Shown: positions 11,730 through 24,600, numbered from the stretch's first letter. The stretch: 64,000 bases of DNA from Escherichia coli (GCF_041886205.1 NZ_CP169029.1), one strand, 5' to 3'. Numbers and translations are program-made. Notes: generated by a model from the letters alone, not told the origin.

Positions 11730-12817
11730 ATGGAAATGGACGGAAAGAATCGGGCAGCATCCTCTTATCTGAGTCCGGGAAATCCCCCGGCAGATAAAGA
11801 GCAGAATGATCCGCTGGCACAGGTTTTCCATAATGCCTGCTCTTACAATTTTTTTGCGATGGCGGGCTCGTTGCACCGCCTGGCAAAGGGTGAAAGGGGA
11901 CGCCAGAATTATCCCTGCGTGACGATCCGGCACAGGAAACCCTGCGTTTCAGCGCCGATGCCAGCCTTGCCTTCCCGTGCAGTGATATCAGTGCACTGAA
12001 ACGGGATACGTCAGGGGCATTCAGGATGACCACCACCTTTATGGGGTTACAGGGGAGCCAGTCGCCTCTCCCCGGTTATTACCTCGATCACCTGGCCTGG
12101 AAAGCGGTACATGAACAAAGTCCGGTAGGTGATTTTCTGGATATGTTCAGCCACCGCCTGACCCAGTTTGTCTGGCATATCTGGCGTAAGTACCGCTATC
12201 ACATCAGTTTTCGTAACGGCGGTGTGGATGCGTTCTCGCAGCGCATGTACTCCCTTGTCGGGCTGGGCCACCGCCAGCTTCGCGATAAGCTGGCGATTAA
12301 TCACAGCAAAATGCTGGCGTATTCCGGGATCCTGGCAAATCCGGGATGATCCCCGGAAATAATCTGTGGCCTGGTGTCCCACTGCTTTGATTTGTCAGAA
12401 GTGACGCTGCAAAACTGGCAACGTCGCAAGGTGGATATTGAACCGGATCAGCAAAATAGTCTGGGGAGCTATTCTCTTAAAAATGGCGAAAAACTGGCGG
12501 GAAGATCGGTACTGGGCAACTTTGTTCTGGGTACACGAGTGCCCGATCTCAGCGGAAAATTCCAGCTCAGTATTACCAGCCTGACCCGAAAACAGTTCCT
12601 CTCTTTCTGCCGTCTGGCGAAAACTTCCTGCCACTGACGATGTTCGTGTCCTTCATCCTGCGCGATCAGCTTGCCTGGGACTTACATCTGGGGCTGGCGC
12701 CGGAGCAGGTGGGCGCAATGCGCCTGGGCGATAACAAAAGTGCGCTGCTGGGCTGGACCAGCTTCCTCGGCACACCGGAAGAACGACCCTCAGTCACCAT
12801 CAGGGTACGGTCGTAAA
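11730..12817 (+). pseudogene. tssG: TssG baseplate protein, frameshifted
   Basis: Follows tssF; N-terminal fragment contains LAQVFHNACSYNFF (TssG-like YNFFQ motif region); ~360-codon slot; pieces at 11730-11999, 12026-12349, 12374-12637 in different frames. Confidence 0.55.
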
Positions 12818-12819
12818 TT

Positions 12820-14121
12820 ATGATAATCACGGAGCAGAATATGCCGGAAGAGAAACTACAGACGCTTTCATTGCAGGTCATTAACGGCAGTGAGCTGGAA
12901 AGCGGACGGGCGGCGCGCTGTCTGTTCACACAGCAGGGAAATGTCGGCCATGGCCCCGAATGCCACTGGTCGGTACAGGATCGTCAGCAGAGCATTCCGG
13001 CCCAGGCTTTTACCGTTATCCTGCACGATGGCACATTTTGTCTGCGCCCGCAGACGGCACAACTGTGGCTGAATCAGGCAAAAGTCACAGCAACATCAGA
13101 CCTAATACAGTTGCGCCAGGGCGATGAGATCCAGATCGGACGGCTGATGGTGAGGGTTCATCTGAACCGGGGAGATATTCCCCATTACGATGAGGAAATG
13201 GCCACTCCCGAAACCATCGTTACCAATCGCGATATGCTCACGGATACCCTGCTATCAACGGAGGGTACGCCACACTATCCGGGAATGACTCACCGGCACC
13301 AACTTGCAGACACCGTGGTAAACGGTTTTTCTGCCGATCCACTCCAGGCACTTCAGTCCGAAAGCCTGATTACCACGGGCGATCCGCTTTCAGGCATTGC
13401 GGCTGTCCGGCCATCGGCACCGCTGTCCGATCCGGCAAGTAATGGGGGGATCAATACTCCGTTTATGGATCTGCCGCCCATTTATGCCAGCCCCGGCGAT
13501 CGTAATGACGACGTCTCTGCGGCAGAAATGGCGCAACGCCACCTTGCGGTCACCCCCTTACTGCGCGGTCTTGGCGGCTCGCTTACCATGAGCAATTCCG
13601 ACGATGCGGATGATTTTCTGGAGGAGGCCGGACGAACGTTACAGGCCGCAATAAAAGGTCTGCTCGATTTGCAGCAGCAGCGTAACAGCCTCTCAGACAA
13701 ACATTTGCGCCCGCTGGAAGATAACCCGCTGCGCCTGAACATGGATTACGCCACCGCGCTCGACGTAATGTTTGCCGAAGGTAAAAGCCCGGTACATCTG
13801 GCGGCTCCCGCCGCCGTCAGTGAAAGCCTGCGCAATGTCCGCCACCACGAAGAAGCTAACCGGGCAGCGATTGTGGAGTCGCTTCGTGTCCTGCTGGATG
13901 CTTTCTCACCACAAAATCTGCTGCGCCGCTTTGTGCAGTACCGCCGCAGCCATGAACTGCGCCAGCCGCTGGATGATGCCGGAGCATGGCAAATGTACAG
14001 CCATTATTACGAAGAACTGGCCTCCGATCGCCAGCAGGGGTTTGAGATGCTGTTTAACGAGGTCTACGCCCAGGTCTATGACCGGGTGCTTCGTGAAAAA
14101 CAGCGGGAGCCGGAAGCATGA
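12820..14121 (+). CDS. tagH: T6SS-associated FHA-domain-like protein (TagH-like), 433 aa, intact
   Basis: Single long ORF; N-terminal region LSLQVINGSELESGRAARCLFTQQGNVGHGPECHWSVQD...TVILHDGTFCL resembles the FHA fold pattern of TagH/Fha proteins; embedded in T6SS operon; stop overlaps tssJ start (ATGA). Confidence 0.5.
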   Translation: MIITEQNMPEEKLQTLSLQVINGSELESGRAARCLFTQQGNVGHGPECHWSVQDRQQSIPAQAFTVILHDGTFCLRPQTAQLWLNQAKVTATSDLIQLRQGDEIQIGRLMVRVHLNRGDIPHYDEEMATPETIVTNRDMLTDTLLSTEGTPHYPGMTHRHQLADTVVNGFSADPLQALQSESLITTGDPLSGIAAVRPSAPLSDPASNGGINTPFMDLPPIYASPGDRNDDVSAAEMAQRHLAVTPLLRGLGGSLTMSNSDDADDFLEEAGRTLQAAIKGLLDLQQQRNSLSDKHLRPLEDNPLRLNMDYATALDVMFAEGKSPVHLAAPAAVSESLRNVRHHEEANRAAIVESLRVLLDAFSPQNLLRRFVQYRRSHELRQPLDDAGAWQMYSHYYEELASDRQQGFEMLFNEVYAQVYDRVLREKQREPEA

Positions 14122-14642
14122 ACAGGAAGGCGTTTCTGGCCTGCGTGCTGATGTGCGTCATATTAACCGGCTGCGAAACGGCGAAAAAAATCAGTGAGGT
14201 GATCAAAAACCCGGATATCCAGGTCGGGAGCCTGAAGGAGCAACCTTCGGAAATAACCGTCACCCTGCTGACCGAACCGGACACGCATACCAATGCGGAA
14301 GGTGAATCAGCCGCCGTGGATGTGCAACTGGTGTACCTGACTGACGACTCAAAATTGCTGGCAGCCGACTATGACCAGATAGCCAGTACGCCGCTACCGG
14401 ATGTGCTGGGTAAAAACTATATCGACCACCAGGATTTCAACCTGTTGCCGGACACCATCAAAACCCTGCCGCCGGTAAAGCTGGATGAGAAAACGCAGTT
14501 TATTGGTGTCGTGGCCGATTTCTCCGATGACCAGGCCACTGAATGGGAACAAATCGAGACGGTGGAAGGAACCGGCCACCATTACCGCCTGCTGGTGCAT
14601 GTACGTCAAAGCAGCATCGAAATGAAAAAAGAGGATGAATAA
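14118..14642 (+). CDS. tssJ: TssJ outer-membrane lipoprotein, 174 aa, intact
   Basis: Signal peptide with lipobox (MNRKAFLACVLMCVILTGC); size and position before tssK typical of TssJ. Confidence 0.7.
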   Translation: MNRKAFLACVLMCVILTGCETAKKISEVIKNPDIQVGSLKEQPSEITVTLLTEPDTHTNAEGESAAVDVQLVYLTDDSKLLAADYDQIASTPLPDVLGKNYIDHQDFNLLPDTIKTLPPVKLDEKTQFIGVVADFSDDQATEWEQIETVEGTGHHYRLLVHVRQSSIEMKKEDE

Positions 14643-14644
14643 TT

Positions 14645-15977
14645 ATGGCAACCACCCGCAACAAGGTGATGTGGCAGGAAGGGATGCTGATGCGCCCACA
14701 CCATTTCCAGCAACAGCAGCGTTACAACGACTACCTGGATAACCAGCGTTTCCGGGCCATGAATGATTTATCCTGGGGATTTACCGAACTCACCCTCAAC
14801 AATGAACTGCTGGCGCAGGGTAAGATCATGATTGACAGCGCGTCAGGCACACTGCCCGACGGCACCGTCTTTTCTATCCCCGACCAGGACGCACTGCCCG
14901 ATCCGCTGCACCCGCAAAATTTTCCGGACGAAAGAAGCCGCAATATCTACCTCGCTCTGCCGGTCGCCAGTGATGTGAGAAATGAAATCAGCGACGGACG
15001 GCGAATCGGGCGTTACCGGCTGAATTATGCCGATGTCCGGGATTTGCATTCAGAAGAAGGTGACGCGCGAACATTGACGCTGGGTCAACTGACGCCGCGC
15101 ATTATGAGCGGTGCAGAAGATATGAGCGCCTATATTACGCTCCCGCTTTGCCGTATCAGCGATCGCCATGCCGATGGCTCCCTGACGTTGGATGACGATT
15201 TTATCCCCTCCTGCCAGAATATTCAGGTCAGTAAGAAACTGCGTGTTTATCTCAAAGAGGTACAGGGGGCCATTGGCGGACGGGCAAGCGATCTGGCAAA
15301 CCGTATTGGCTCTCCGGCGCAGAGCGGCATCGCGGATGTGGCGGAATTTATGATGTTGCAGTTACTTAACCGTAACCAGACCCGGTTTACCCATCGCGCC
15401 CGCCGATCCCAGCTCCACCCGGAAGATTTCTACCTTGATCTTGCTGGGTTGCTGGGTGAACTGATGACCTTTACCGAGCCGTCGCGCCTGCCCTGCCCGC
15501 TTGATGTGTATGATCATCATGATCTGACCAAAACATTTAAAACACTGTTACCGGAAGTCAAACGGGCGCTACATACCGTACTGTCGCCAAGAGCGGTCAA
15601 TCTGCCGCTGCATCTGCGTGACGGTATCTGGCAGGCCGATATCCATGACACAGAACTGCTGCAATCTGCCACCTTTGTGCTGGCCGTGGCGGCAAACGTG
15701 CCGGTCGATCAGATCCAGCGTCAGTTTATCCAGCAGTCGAAAATTTCCTCGCCGGAAAAAATCCGCAATATGGTCAGTGTGCAGATCCCCGGTATTCCAT
15801 TGCGTGCCACTTATGGCGGCTCCCCGCCAGCTTCCTTATCATTCCGGGTTCAGCTATTTCGAACTCGACAAGAGCGGACAGGCCTGGACAGAAATGGCTG
15901 CCGCCGGGGCCGTTGCACTGCATGTATCCGGCAGTTTCCCGGATCTGAACATGCAACTGTGGGCGATAAGAGGGTAA
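14645..15977 (+). pseudogene. tssK: TssK baseplate protein, one apparent frameshift near the 3' end (~15.8 kb)
   Basis: N-terminus MATTRNKVMWQEGMLMRPHHFQQQQRYNDYLDNQRF... is TssK-like; C-terminal TssK sequence (FELDKSGQAWTEMAAAGAVALHVSGSFPDLNMQLWAIRG) is in the frame of ORF 15618-15977, not the frame of the long ORF. Confidence 0.8.
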
Positions 15978-15981
15978 GACG

Positions 15982-16742
15982 ATGGATGAGGGGTCACTGT
16001 CTCTGCCACCATTTACCGGATACGACGAAAAAAGCCAGCGCAACTACCATCTCGCGCTTCGTGGCAACAGCCTGAATCCGATGATCGACGCGGCCACGCC
16101 GCTACTCGGTATGGTAATGCGCCTTTCAACCATGAACAGCCAGACGATGCCGGAGCATCTTTTTGCTCAGGTGGTGACGGATGTTCAGGCCGTGGAGCAA
16201 CTGCTTCAGGAGCAGGGCTACGAACCGGGCGTGATTATCTCGTTTCGCTACATCCCCTGCACGTTTATTGATGAAGCTGGCGCTCGGTAACGGCTGGTCA
16301 AACAAGAACGAGTGGATCAAGCAGTCATTGCTGGTCCATTTCCACAACGAAGCCTGGGGTGGAGAGAAAGTTTTCATCCTGCTGGAGCGCCTGATCCGTG
16401 AACCCAAACGTTACCAGGATCTGCTGGAATTTCTCTGGATCTGTTTTTCTCTGGGATTTCGCGGGCGCTACAAAGTGGCAGCACAGGATCAGGGGGAATT
16501 TGAGCAGATCTACCGCCGTCTGTACCACGTTCTGCATAAACTGCGCGGCGATGCCCCTTTCCCGCTGTTACACCAGGACAAAAACCCAGGGCGGGCGTTA
16601 TCAGCTCATCAGTCGCCTGACTGTTAAACATATTTTTTGTGGTGGCGTTGTCGTGCTGGCGTTGTTTTACCTGTTCTATCTGTTGCGGCTGGACAGCCAG
16701 ACGCAGGACATCCTGCACCAGCTAAACAAATTACTTCGATAA
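15982..16742 (+). pseudogene. tssL: TssL (DotU-like) membrane protein, frameshifted
   Basis: N-terminal DotU-like sequence (NPMIDAATPLLGMVMRL...), C-terminal hydrophobic segment (VVVLALFYLFYLL) in a different frame; three ORF pieces. Confidence 0.7.
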
Positions 16743-16750
16743 GGACGTTT

Positions 16751-19521
16751 ATGATCCAGATTGATCTTCCCACGCTGGTAAAACGGCTGAACCTGTTCTC
16801 CCGCCAGGCGCTGGAGATGGCCGCCTCTGAATGTATGAGTCAGCAGGCAGCGGAAATTACCGTCAGCCATGTGCTCATTCAGATGCTCACCATGCCACGC
16901 AGTGACCTGCGGGTTATTACCCCGCCAGGGCGATATTGGCATGGAAGAAGTTGCGCCAGGCGCTGACGGTAGAGAACTACACGACCGCCCGTTCTGCGGA
17001 CAGCTACCCGGCGTTTTCCCCGATGCTGGTTGAGTGGCTGAAAGAGGGCTGGCTGCTGGCGTCGGCTGAGATGCAGCACAGCGAACTGCGCGGCGGCGTG
17101 TTGCTGCTGGCCCTGCTGCATTCGCCGCTGCGTTATATACCGCCTGCTGCCGCCCGGCTGACCGGCATGAACCGTGACCGTCTGCAAAGGACTTTGTGCA
17201 ATGGACACAGGAGTCGGCGGAATCAGTCGTGCCGGATGCAGACGGTAAAGGCGCAGGCACACATGACGGACGCCTCTGACACCCTGCTTGCCCGCTATGC
17301 CAAAAACATGACCGCAGACGCCCGTAACGGCAGGCTTGACCCGGTACTGTGCCGCGACCACGAAATCGACCTGATGATCGACATTCTCTGCCGCCGCCGT
17401 AAAAACAACCCGGTGGTGGTGGGCGAAGCGGGCGTGGGCAAAAGCGCACTGATTGAAGGGCTGGCGCTGCGCATCGTGGCAGGCCAGGTGCCGGACAAGC
17501 TGAAAAACACCGATATCATGACCCTGACCTGGGCGCATTGCAGGCCGGGGCGTCGGTGAAGGGTGAATTCGAAAAACGTTTCAAAGGGCTGATGGCGGAG
17601 GTCATTTCCTCCCCGGTGCCGGTCATTCTGTTTATCGACGAAGCACATACCCTGATTGGCGCGGGCAACCAGCAGGGCGGGCTGGATATCTCCAACCTGC
17701 TCAAACCGGCGCTGGCGCGCGGCGAGCTGAAAACCATCGCCGCCACCACCTGGAGCGGTACAAAAAATACTTCGAAAAAGATGCCGCCCTGTCGCGCCGC
17801 TTCCAGTTGGTGAAGGTCAGCGAACCCAACGCTGCCGAAGCCACCATTATTCTGCGCGGTCTGTCGGCGGTCTATGAACAGTCTCACGGCGTGCTGATTG
17901 ATGATGACGCCTTGCAGGCCGCTGCGACATTAAGCGAGCGTTATCTCTCCGGGCGTCAGTTACCGGACAAAGCGATTGATGTGCTGGATACCGCCTGCGC
18001 CCGTGTGGCCATCAACCTGTCGTCGCCGCCGAAGCAAATCTCGGCGCTGACCACTCTGAGCCACCAGCAGGAGGCGGGAAATTCGCCAGCTTGAGCGCGA
18101 GCTTCGCATCGGACTGCGTACCGACACATCACGGATGACCGAGGTGCTGGTGCAGTATGATGAAACGCTGACGGCGCTGGATGAACTGGAAGCGGCCTGG
18201 CACCAGCAGCAGACGCTGGTCCGGGAGATTATTGCGCTGCGCCAGCAGTTACTGGGCGTGGCAGAGGACGATGCGGCGCCGTTGCCGGACCGCAGATACC
18301 GTGGAGGATACGCAGCCAGAGTCAGAGTCAGAACAGGATAATACCGAGTGCCGTACCGGCTGGATGAGGCCGACAGAGAACAGCCGGAAGAGACCGCTGA
18401 AACAGTTTCCCCGGTACAACGTCTGGCGCCATCTCACTGCCGAACTGGACGCCCTGCATAACGACCGGTTGCTGGTTTCCCCGCACGTCGATAAAAAACA
18501 GATTGCGGCGGTGATTGCCGAATGGACCGGCGTGCCGCTTAACCGCCTGTCGCAGAATGAAATGTCGGTCATCACCGACCTGCCAAAATGGCTCGGCGAC
18601 ACCATCAAGGGCCAGGACCTGGCGATTGCCAGCCTGCACAAACACCTGCTGACCGCACGCGCCGACCTGCGCCGTCCGGGACGCCCGCTGGGCGCGTTCC
18701 TGCTGGCTGGCCCCAGCGGCGTGGGTAAAACTGAAACCGTCCTGCAACTGGCAGAGCTGCTCTACGGCGGTCGCCAGTACCTGACCACCATCAATATGTC
18801 CGAGTTCCAGGAGAAACATACCGTCTCGCGACTGATTGGTTCGCCTCCGGGCTACGTTGGCTACGGTGAAGGCGGCGTACTGACCGAAGCGATTCGCCAG
18901 AAACCCTACTCGGTAGTACTGCTCGATGAAGTGGAAAAAGCGCACCCGGATGTGCTCAACCTGTTCTACCAGGCGTTCGATAAGGGCGAAATGGCAGACG
19001 GTGAAGGCCGCCTGATTGACTGCAAAAATATCGTCTTCTTCCTGACGTCCAACCTCGGCTACCAGGTAATAGTCGAGCATGCCGATGACCCGGAAACCAT
19101 GCAGGAAGTACTGTATCCAGTTGTGCTGGCCGACTTCTTCAAACCTGCCCTGCTGGCGCGTATGGAAGTGGTGCCGTACCTGCCGCTGTCGAAAGAGACG
19201 CTCGCCACCATCATTGCCGGGAAACTGGCCCGCCTGGATAACGTGCTGCGCAGCCGCTTTGGCGCGGAGGTGATTATAGAACCGGAAGTGACGGACGAAA
19301 TCATGAGCCGCGTCACCCGCGCGGAAAACGGCGCGAGGATGCTGGAATCGGTCATCGACGGCAAGATGCCGCCGCTGCTCTCCCTGCTGCTGTTGCAGAA
19401 AATGGCGGCGAATACGGCGGTTGCCCGGATTCGGTTGTCGGCAGTGGACGGCGCATTTACGGCAGACGTGGAAGATGCTCAGAACGACGAGTCCGTCACA
19501 AAGGATGAAACGGTTTTATGA
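16751..19521 (+). pseudogene. clpV: ClpV (TssH) AAA+ ATPase, several frameshifts
   Basis: Two AAA+ Walker A motifs (GEAGVGKSA in fragment 16936-17559; GPSGVGKTE in fragment 18181-19521); ~920-codon span split over at least five ORF pieces in different frames. Confidence 0.85.
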
Positions 19522-20261
19522 GCAGGTTGCGCGTTTTCCGGCAGACAGGATGGTTTATCGCGGGCCTGATGACGGGCTTACCCGCCACTGCCGCGCCCGC
19601 AGAAGCATCGTCAATGGCCGGTGTGGCGGTTGCCGTCGCCACCACGACCCCGCCGGATGCGACAGCCACGTTACAGGCCATGCAGTCCTGTCGGCGGGAG
19701 TCCGCGGCGCTGGAGCGGCTTGACTGCTATGACCGCCTGCTGGCACCGCTGTCCCCGTCAGGGTTTGACGGGGCGCTGGTCAAAGCCGGTTTTGTGGGCG
19801 AAGCCTGGACCCGCGCCACAGAACAGGAAAAACACCGCCAGGGCAACACCACAGAGCTGCTGGTGACGCAGGTGCCGGGGGAGCGCCCGACGGTGGTGAT
19901 AACCACCCCGGCTATCGGTCATGTTCCGCCACGCCCGGTGCTGATGTTCAGTTGCGTGGACAATATCACCCGGATGCAGGTGGCGCTGATGCACCCTCTG
20001 GATGTCCATGATATCGCCGTCACTCTGAATGCCGACAACCGGGCATTGCGCAGCCACTGGTTTGTGCGCGAGAACGGCACCCTGCTGGAGTCCAGCCGGG
20101 GGTTATCCGGGATTGATGAAATTAAGCAACTGTTCGGCGCAAAAACGCTGACGGTGGATACCGGCGCAGACAATGCCGCCGGAAAGCTGACCTTTAACAT
20201 TGACGGGCTGGCAAGGGCGATTGCTCCCCTGCGCGATGCCTGCCACTGGGCGGGAGAGTAA
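19518..20261 (+). CDS. Predicted secreted/periplasmic protein of unknown function, 247 aa, intact, T6SS-cluster accessory
   Basis: Intact ORF with N-terminal signal-peptide-like hydrophobic segment (FIAGLMTGLPATAAPAEA); start overlaps clpV stop (ATGA) suggesting translational coupling. Confidence 0.55.
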   Translation: MSRLRVFRQTGWFIAGLMTGLPATAAPAEASSMAGVAVAVATTTPPDATATLQAMQSCRRESAALERLDCYDRLLAPLSPSGFDGALVKAGFVGEAWTRATEQEKHRQGNTTELLVTQVPGERPTVVITTPAIGHVPPRPVLMFSCVDNITRMQVALMHPLDVHDIAVTLNADNRALRSHWFVRENGTLLESSRGLSGIDEIKQLFGAKTLTVDTGADNAAGKLTFNIDGLARAIAPLRDACHWAGE

Positions 20262-20265
20262 AAAT

Positions 20266-21679
20266 ATGGCAATGGACTTACGCGATCCGAATGTCTGGAT
20301 ATCGCACCTGCTGGAAAACCTGCCGGAAGAGAAACTGGCATCGGCGCTGAAAGATGACAACCCGAACTGGGAGTATATCGACGGCGAAATCGTCAAGCTG
20401 GGATCGCTGGCCCACAGTCAACTGGATATCCCGGAACTCCAGCGCCGGGGGCTGGTCATTCTGGCTTCGGAGAGTAAGGATTTTCGTCTGCTGGCGCATC
20501 TGCTGAGAACCCTGCAACACGCCGGTGATCCTCACTCCCGCATTGCGCCTGCTGGCGCTGTATGTGGAGCATTACTGGGCGGTGGCTGCGCCGCAGAATA
20601 TGGCGCATAAAAAACGCTTTGCCAGCCAGGTCATTAAACGCTTTGAAACAGGTATTGAAGTTTTTTCACAGAACGCCGCCACAGCGCAGCGCGATGCGCT
20701 GTCAGGGGAACTGGCAAAACTGGCGCAATGCTGGCAGTCACATAACGCCCCGGAACTGGCACAGGCTACTGATGATCTTTTTGCCCCGTACCAGCGTGCG
20801 TTTAATCGTGCGGCACCGGTTCCTGTCCCCACTCCGGCGGCCTCCGGTAGTTCACCACAGACCACCGCCACGTCTGAAAGCGGCGTGACGCAACCCAGTG
20901 CTCCGGCTCCCCAAATCGTCATCGACAGTCACGACGACAAAGCCTGGCGCGACACGCTGTTAAAAGTGGCGGCCATTTTATGTGAACGCCAGCCGGATTC
21001 ACCGCAGGGCTACCGTCTGCGCCGCCATGCGCTTTGGCAGAACATCACCAGTACGCCCCAGGCGGAAAGCGATGGCCGTACTCCACTGGCTGCGGTCTCC
21101 GCCGATATGGTGGCAGATTACCATGCTCAGCTCGGTAGTGCCGATATGGCGCTGTGGCAGCAGGTGGAGAAAAGCGTACTGCTGGCTCCTTACTGGCTGG
21201 ATGGTCACTGCCTTTCTGCACAGACGGCGCTGCGTCTGGGTTACAAACAGGTGGCAGACGCCATCCGCGATGAGGTCATCCGCTTCCTTGAGCGTCTGCC
21301 CCAGCTTACCGGGCTGCTGTTTAATGACCACACACCGTTTATCAGTGAGCAGACGAAACAATGGCTGGCAGCTTCGCCCGACGCCAAAGTTGCACCGGTT
21401 GCGCAAATCGGTGAGGAATCGAAGGCAGCCAGAGCCTGTTTTGCTGAGCAGGGTCTGGAGGCGGCGCTGCGATATCTGGACATGCTACCCGAAGGCGATC
21501 CCCGCGATCAGTTTCACCGCCAGTACCTTGCCGCACAGTTGACGGAAGAGGCGGGGCTGGTACAGCTTGCGCAGCAGCAGTACCGGATGTTGTTCAGGAT
21601 GGGATTGCAGATGATGGTGGCAGACTGGGAGCCGTCCCTGCTTGAGCAGCTAGAACAAAAATTCACGGCAGAACAATAA
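20266..21679 (+). pseudogene. tssA: TssA (ImpA N-terminal domain) protein, one apparent frameshift near 20.53 kb
   Basis: N-terminal fragment MAMDLRDPNVWISHLLENLPEEKLASAL...SESKDFRLLAHLL (ImpA_N-like) in one frame, remainder (384 aa ORF 20525-21679) in another. Confidence 0.7.
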
Positions 21680-21697
21680 AAGAGAACAGGAGTTTTT

Positions 21698-24600
21698 GTG
21701 TTCAGATTACCAACACCCCGACTACTCAGCGGACTCAAATCAGCCCTGCGACCGGCGATGCCCCGGTTTAAAGTCTCTGCTTTCTGGCTGCTGATACTGG
21801 CGTGGATTTTTCTGCTGGTGTGGATCTGGTGGAAAGGCCCGACGTGGACGCTGTATGAAGAACAGTGGCTCTAAACCACTGGCGAACCGCTGGCTGGCAA
21901 CGGCGGCGTGGGGGATTATTGCCCTGATGTGGCTTACCGTCCGGGTGATGAAGCGCCTGCAACAGCTTGAAAAACAGCAAAAACAACAGCGCGAGGAAGC
22001 CGTTCGATCCGCTCAGTGTGGAACTGAACGCCCAGCAGCGTTACCTCGACCGCTGGCTGCTGCGCCTGCAACGCCATCTCGACAACCGCCGTTTCCTGTG
22101 GCAATTGCCGTGGTATATGGTCATCGGCCCGGCGGGCAGTGGCAAAACGACACTGCTGCGCGAGGGGTTTCCGTCAGACATTATTTATGCCCCGGAGGGC
22201 TCGCGCGGCGCAGAACAACGCCTGTACCTTACGCCCCATGTCGGTAAACAGGCGGTGATCTTTGATATCGACGGCACACTCTGCGCTCCCGCTGATGCGG
22301 ATATCCTGCATCGCCGTCTGTGGGAACATACCCTCGGCTGGCTGAAGGAAAAGCGCGCGCGCCAGCCCGCTGAACGGGATTATTCTGACACTCGATTTAC
22401 CCGATCTGCTGACCGCAGACAAGCGCCGCCGTGAGTATCTGCTACAGACGCTGCGCAGCCGCTTGCAGGATATACGCCAGCATCTTCACTGCCAGCTACC
22501 GGTTTACGTGGTACTGACCCGGCTTGATTTATTGCAGGGTTTTGCCGCCCTGTTCCAGTCCCTGAACAGACAGGATCGTGATGCGATTCTGGGTGTCACG
22601 TTCACCCGCCGTGCCCATGAAAATGATGACTGGCGAACAGAGTTGAATGCTTTCTGGCAGACATGGGTGGATCGAATGAATCTGGCGTTGCCGGATCTGA
22701 TGGTCGCTCAGACTCACACCCGCGCGTCTTTATTCAGTTTTTCCCGCCAGATGCAGGGAAGCCGTGAACCCCTGGTGTCACTGCTTGAAGGTCTGCTTGA
22801 CGGCGAAAATATGAACGTGATGCTGCGTGGTGTCTATCTCACCTCGTCACTGCAACGCGGCCAGATGGATGACATCTTTACCCAGTCCGCCGCCCGCCAG
22901 TACCGGCTGGGCAATAACCCACTGGCGTCCTGGCCCCTGGTGGACACCGCGCCTTATTTCACCCGCAGCCTGTTCCCGCAGGCATTACTCGCAGAGCCTA
23001 ATCTGGCAACGGAGAGCCGTGACTGGCTGATGCGTTCCCGTCGCCGCCTGACGGTTTTCTCTGCCACAGGCGGCGTGGCGGCACTGCTGCTCATCACCGG
23101 CTGGCATCACTATCACAACGGTAACTATCAGTCCGGCATCACCGTGCTTAAGCAGGCCAAAGCCTTTATGGACGTGCCGCCTCCGCAGGGGAAAGACGAC
23201 TACGGCAACCTGCAACTGCCGCTGCTGAACCCGGTACGCGATGCCACACTGGCCTATGGCGACTGGGGCGACCGCAGCCGTCTGGCCGATATGGGACTGT
23301 ACCAGGGACGACGTATCGGGCCTTATGTGGAACAGACCTATCTGCAACTACTAGAGCAGCGTTACCTGCCCTCGCTGTTTAACGGGCTGGTCAAAGCGAT
23401 GAACGCCGCGCCGCCGGAGAGTGAGGAAAAACTCGCCGTGCTGCGCGTGATGCGAATGCTGGAGGACAAAAGCGGACGCAATAATGAGGTGGTGAAGCAG
23501 TATATGGCAAAACGCTGGAGCGAAAAAGTTCCACGGCCAGCGTGATATCCAGGCACAACTGATGTCCCATCTTGACTACGCGCTGGCTCATACTGACTGG
23601 CATGCAGAGCGTCAGGCGGGCGACGGTGACGCCATCAGCCGCTGGATGCCATATGACAAGCCCGTGGTATCAGCACAGAAAGAACTGAGCAAACTGCCTG
23701 TCTACCAGCGGGTTTACCAGAGCCTGAAAACGCGGGCGCTGGGCGTTCTTACCTGCTGACCTCAATCTGCGTGACCAGGTAGGGCCAACCTTTGACCAGG
23801 TCTTTACATCTGCCGATGACAACAAACTGGTTGTTCCACAGTTTCTTACCCGTTACGGCCTGCAAAGCTATTTTGTAAAACAGCGCGATGAACTGGTTGA
23901 ACTGACGGCAATGGATTCCTGGGTACTCAACCTCACCCGCAGTGTGAAATACAGTGACGCCGACCGCGCGGAAATCCAGCGCCAGTTGACCGAGCAGTAT
24001 ATCAGCGACTACACCGCTACCTGGCGAGCCGGGATGTGACAATCTGAATATCCGCAATTTTGAGTCCATTGGACAACTGACCGGGGCGCTGGAGCAGGTT
24101 ATCAGCGGCGACCAGCCTTTGCAGCGGGCGCTGACTGTGTTGCGTGACAACACACAGCCAGGCGTCTTTTCTGAAAAACTTTCTGCCAAAGAACGGGATG
24201 AGGCTCTGGCAGAACCGGACTACCAGTTGCTCACCCGCCTCGGGCATGAATTTGCCCCGGAAAACAGTACTCTGGCAGTACAGAAAGACAAAGAAAGCAC
24301 GATGCAGGCCGTGTATCAGCAACTCACCGAGTTGCACCGCTATCTGCTGGCAATTCAGAACGCGCCTGTACCAGGGAAATCGGCGCTGAAAGCCGTGCAG
24401 TTGCGGCTTGATCAGAACAGCAGCGATCCGATATTCGCCACCCGCCAGATGGCAAAGACACTGCCTGCTCCGCTCAACCGCTGGGTTGGCAGACTGGCTG
24501 ACCAGGCCTGGCATGTGGTGATGGTGGAGGCCGTTCACTATATGGAAGTGGACTGGCGCGACAGCGTGGTGAAACCGTTTAACGAGCAACTGGCAAATAA

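Noticed and set aside
16676-17538. 257 aa and 219 aa minus-strand ORFs
   Set aside because: Antisense to clpV, whose identity is supported by Walker motifs; Arg/Ala/Pro-rich composition typical of reverse-frame translation of GC-rich coding DNA
18328-19080. 250 aa minus-strand ORF
   Set aside because: Antisense within the clpV second AAA+ domain
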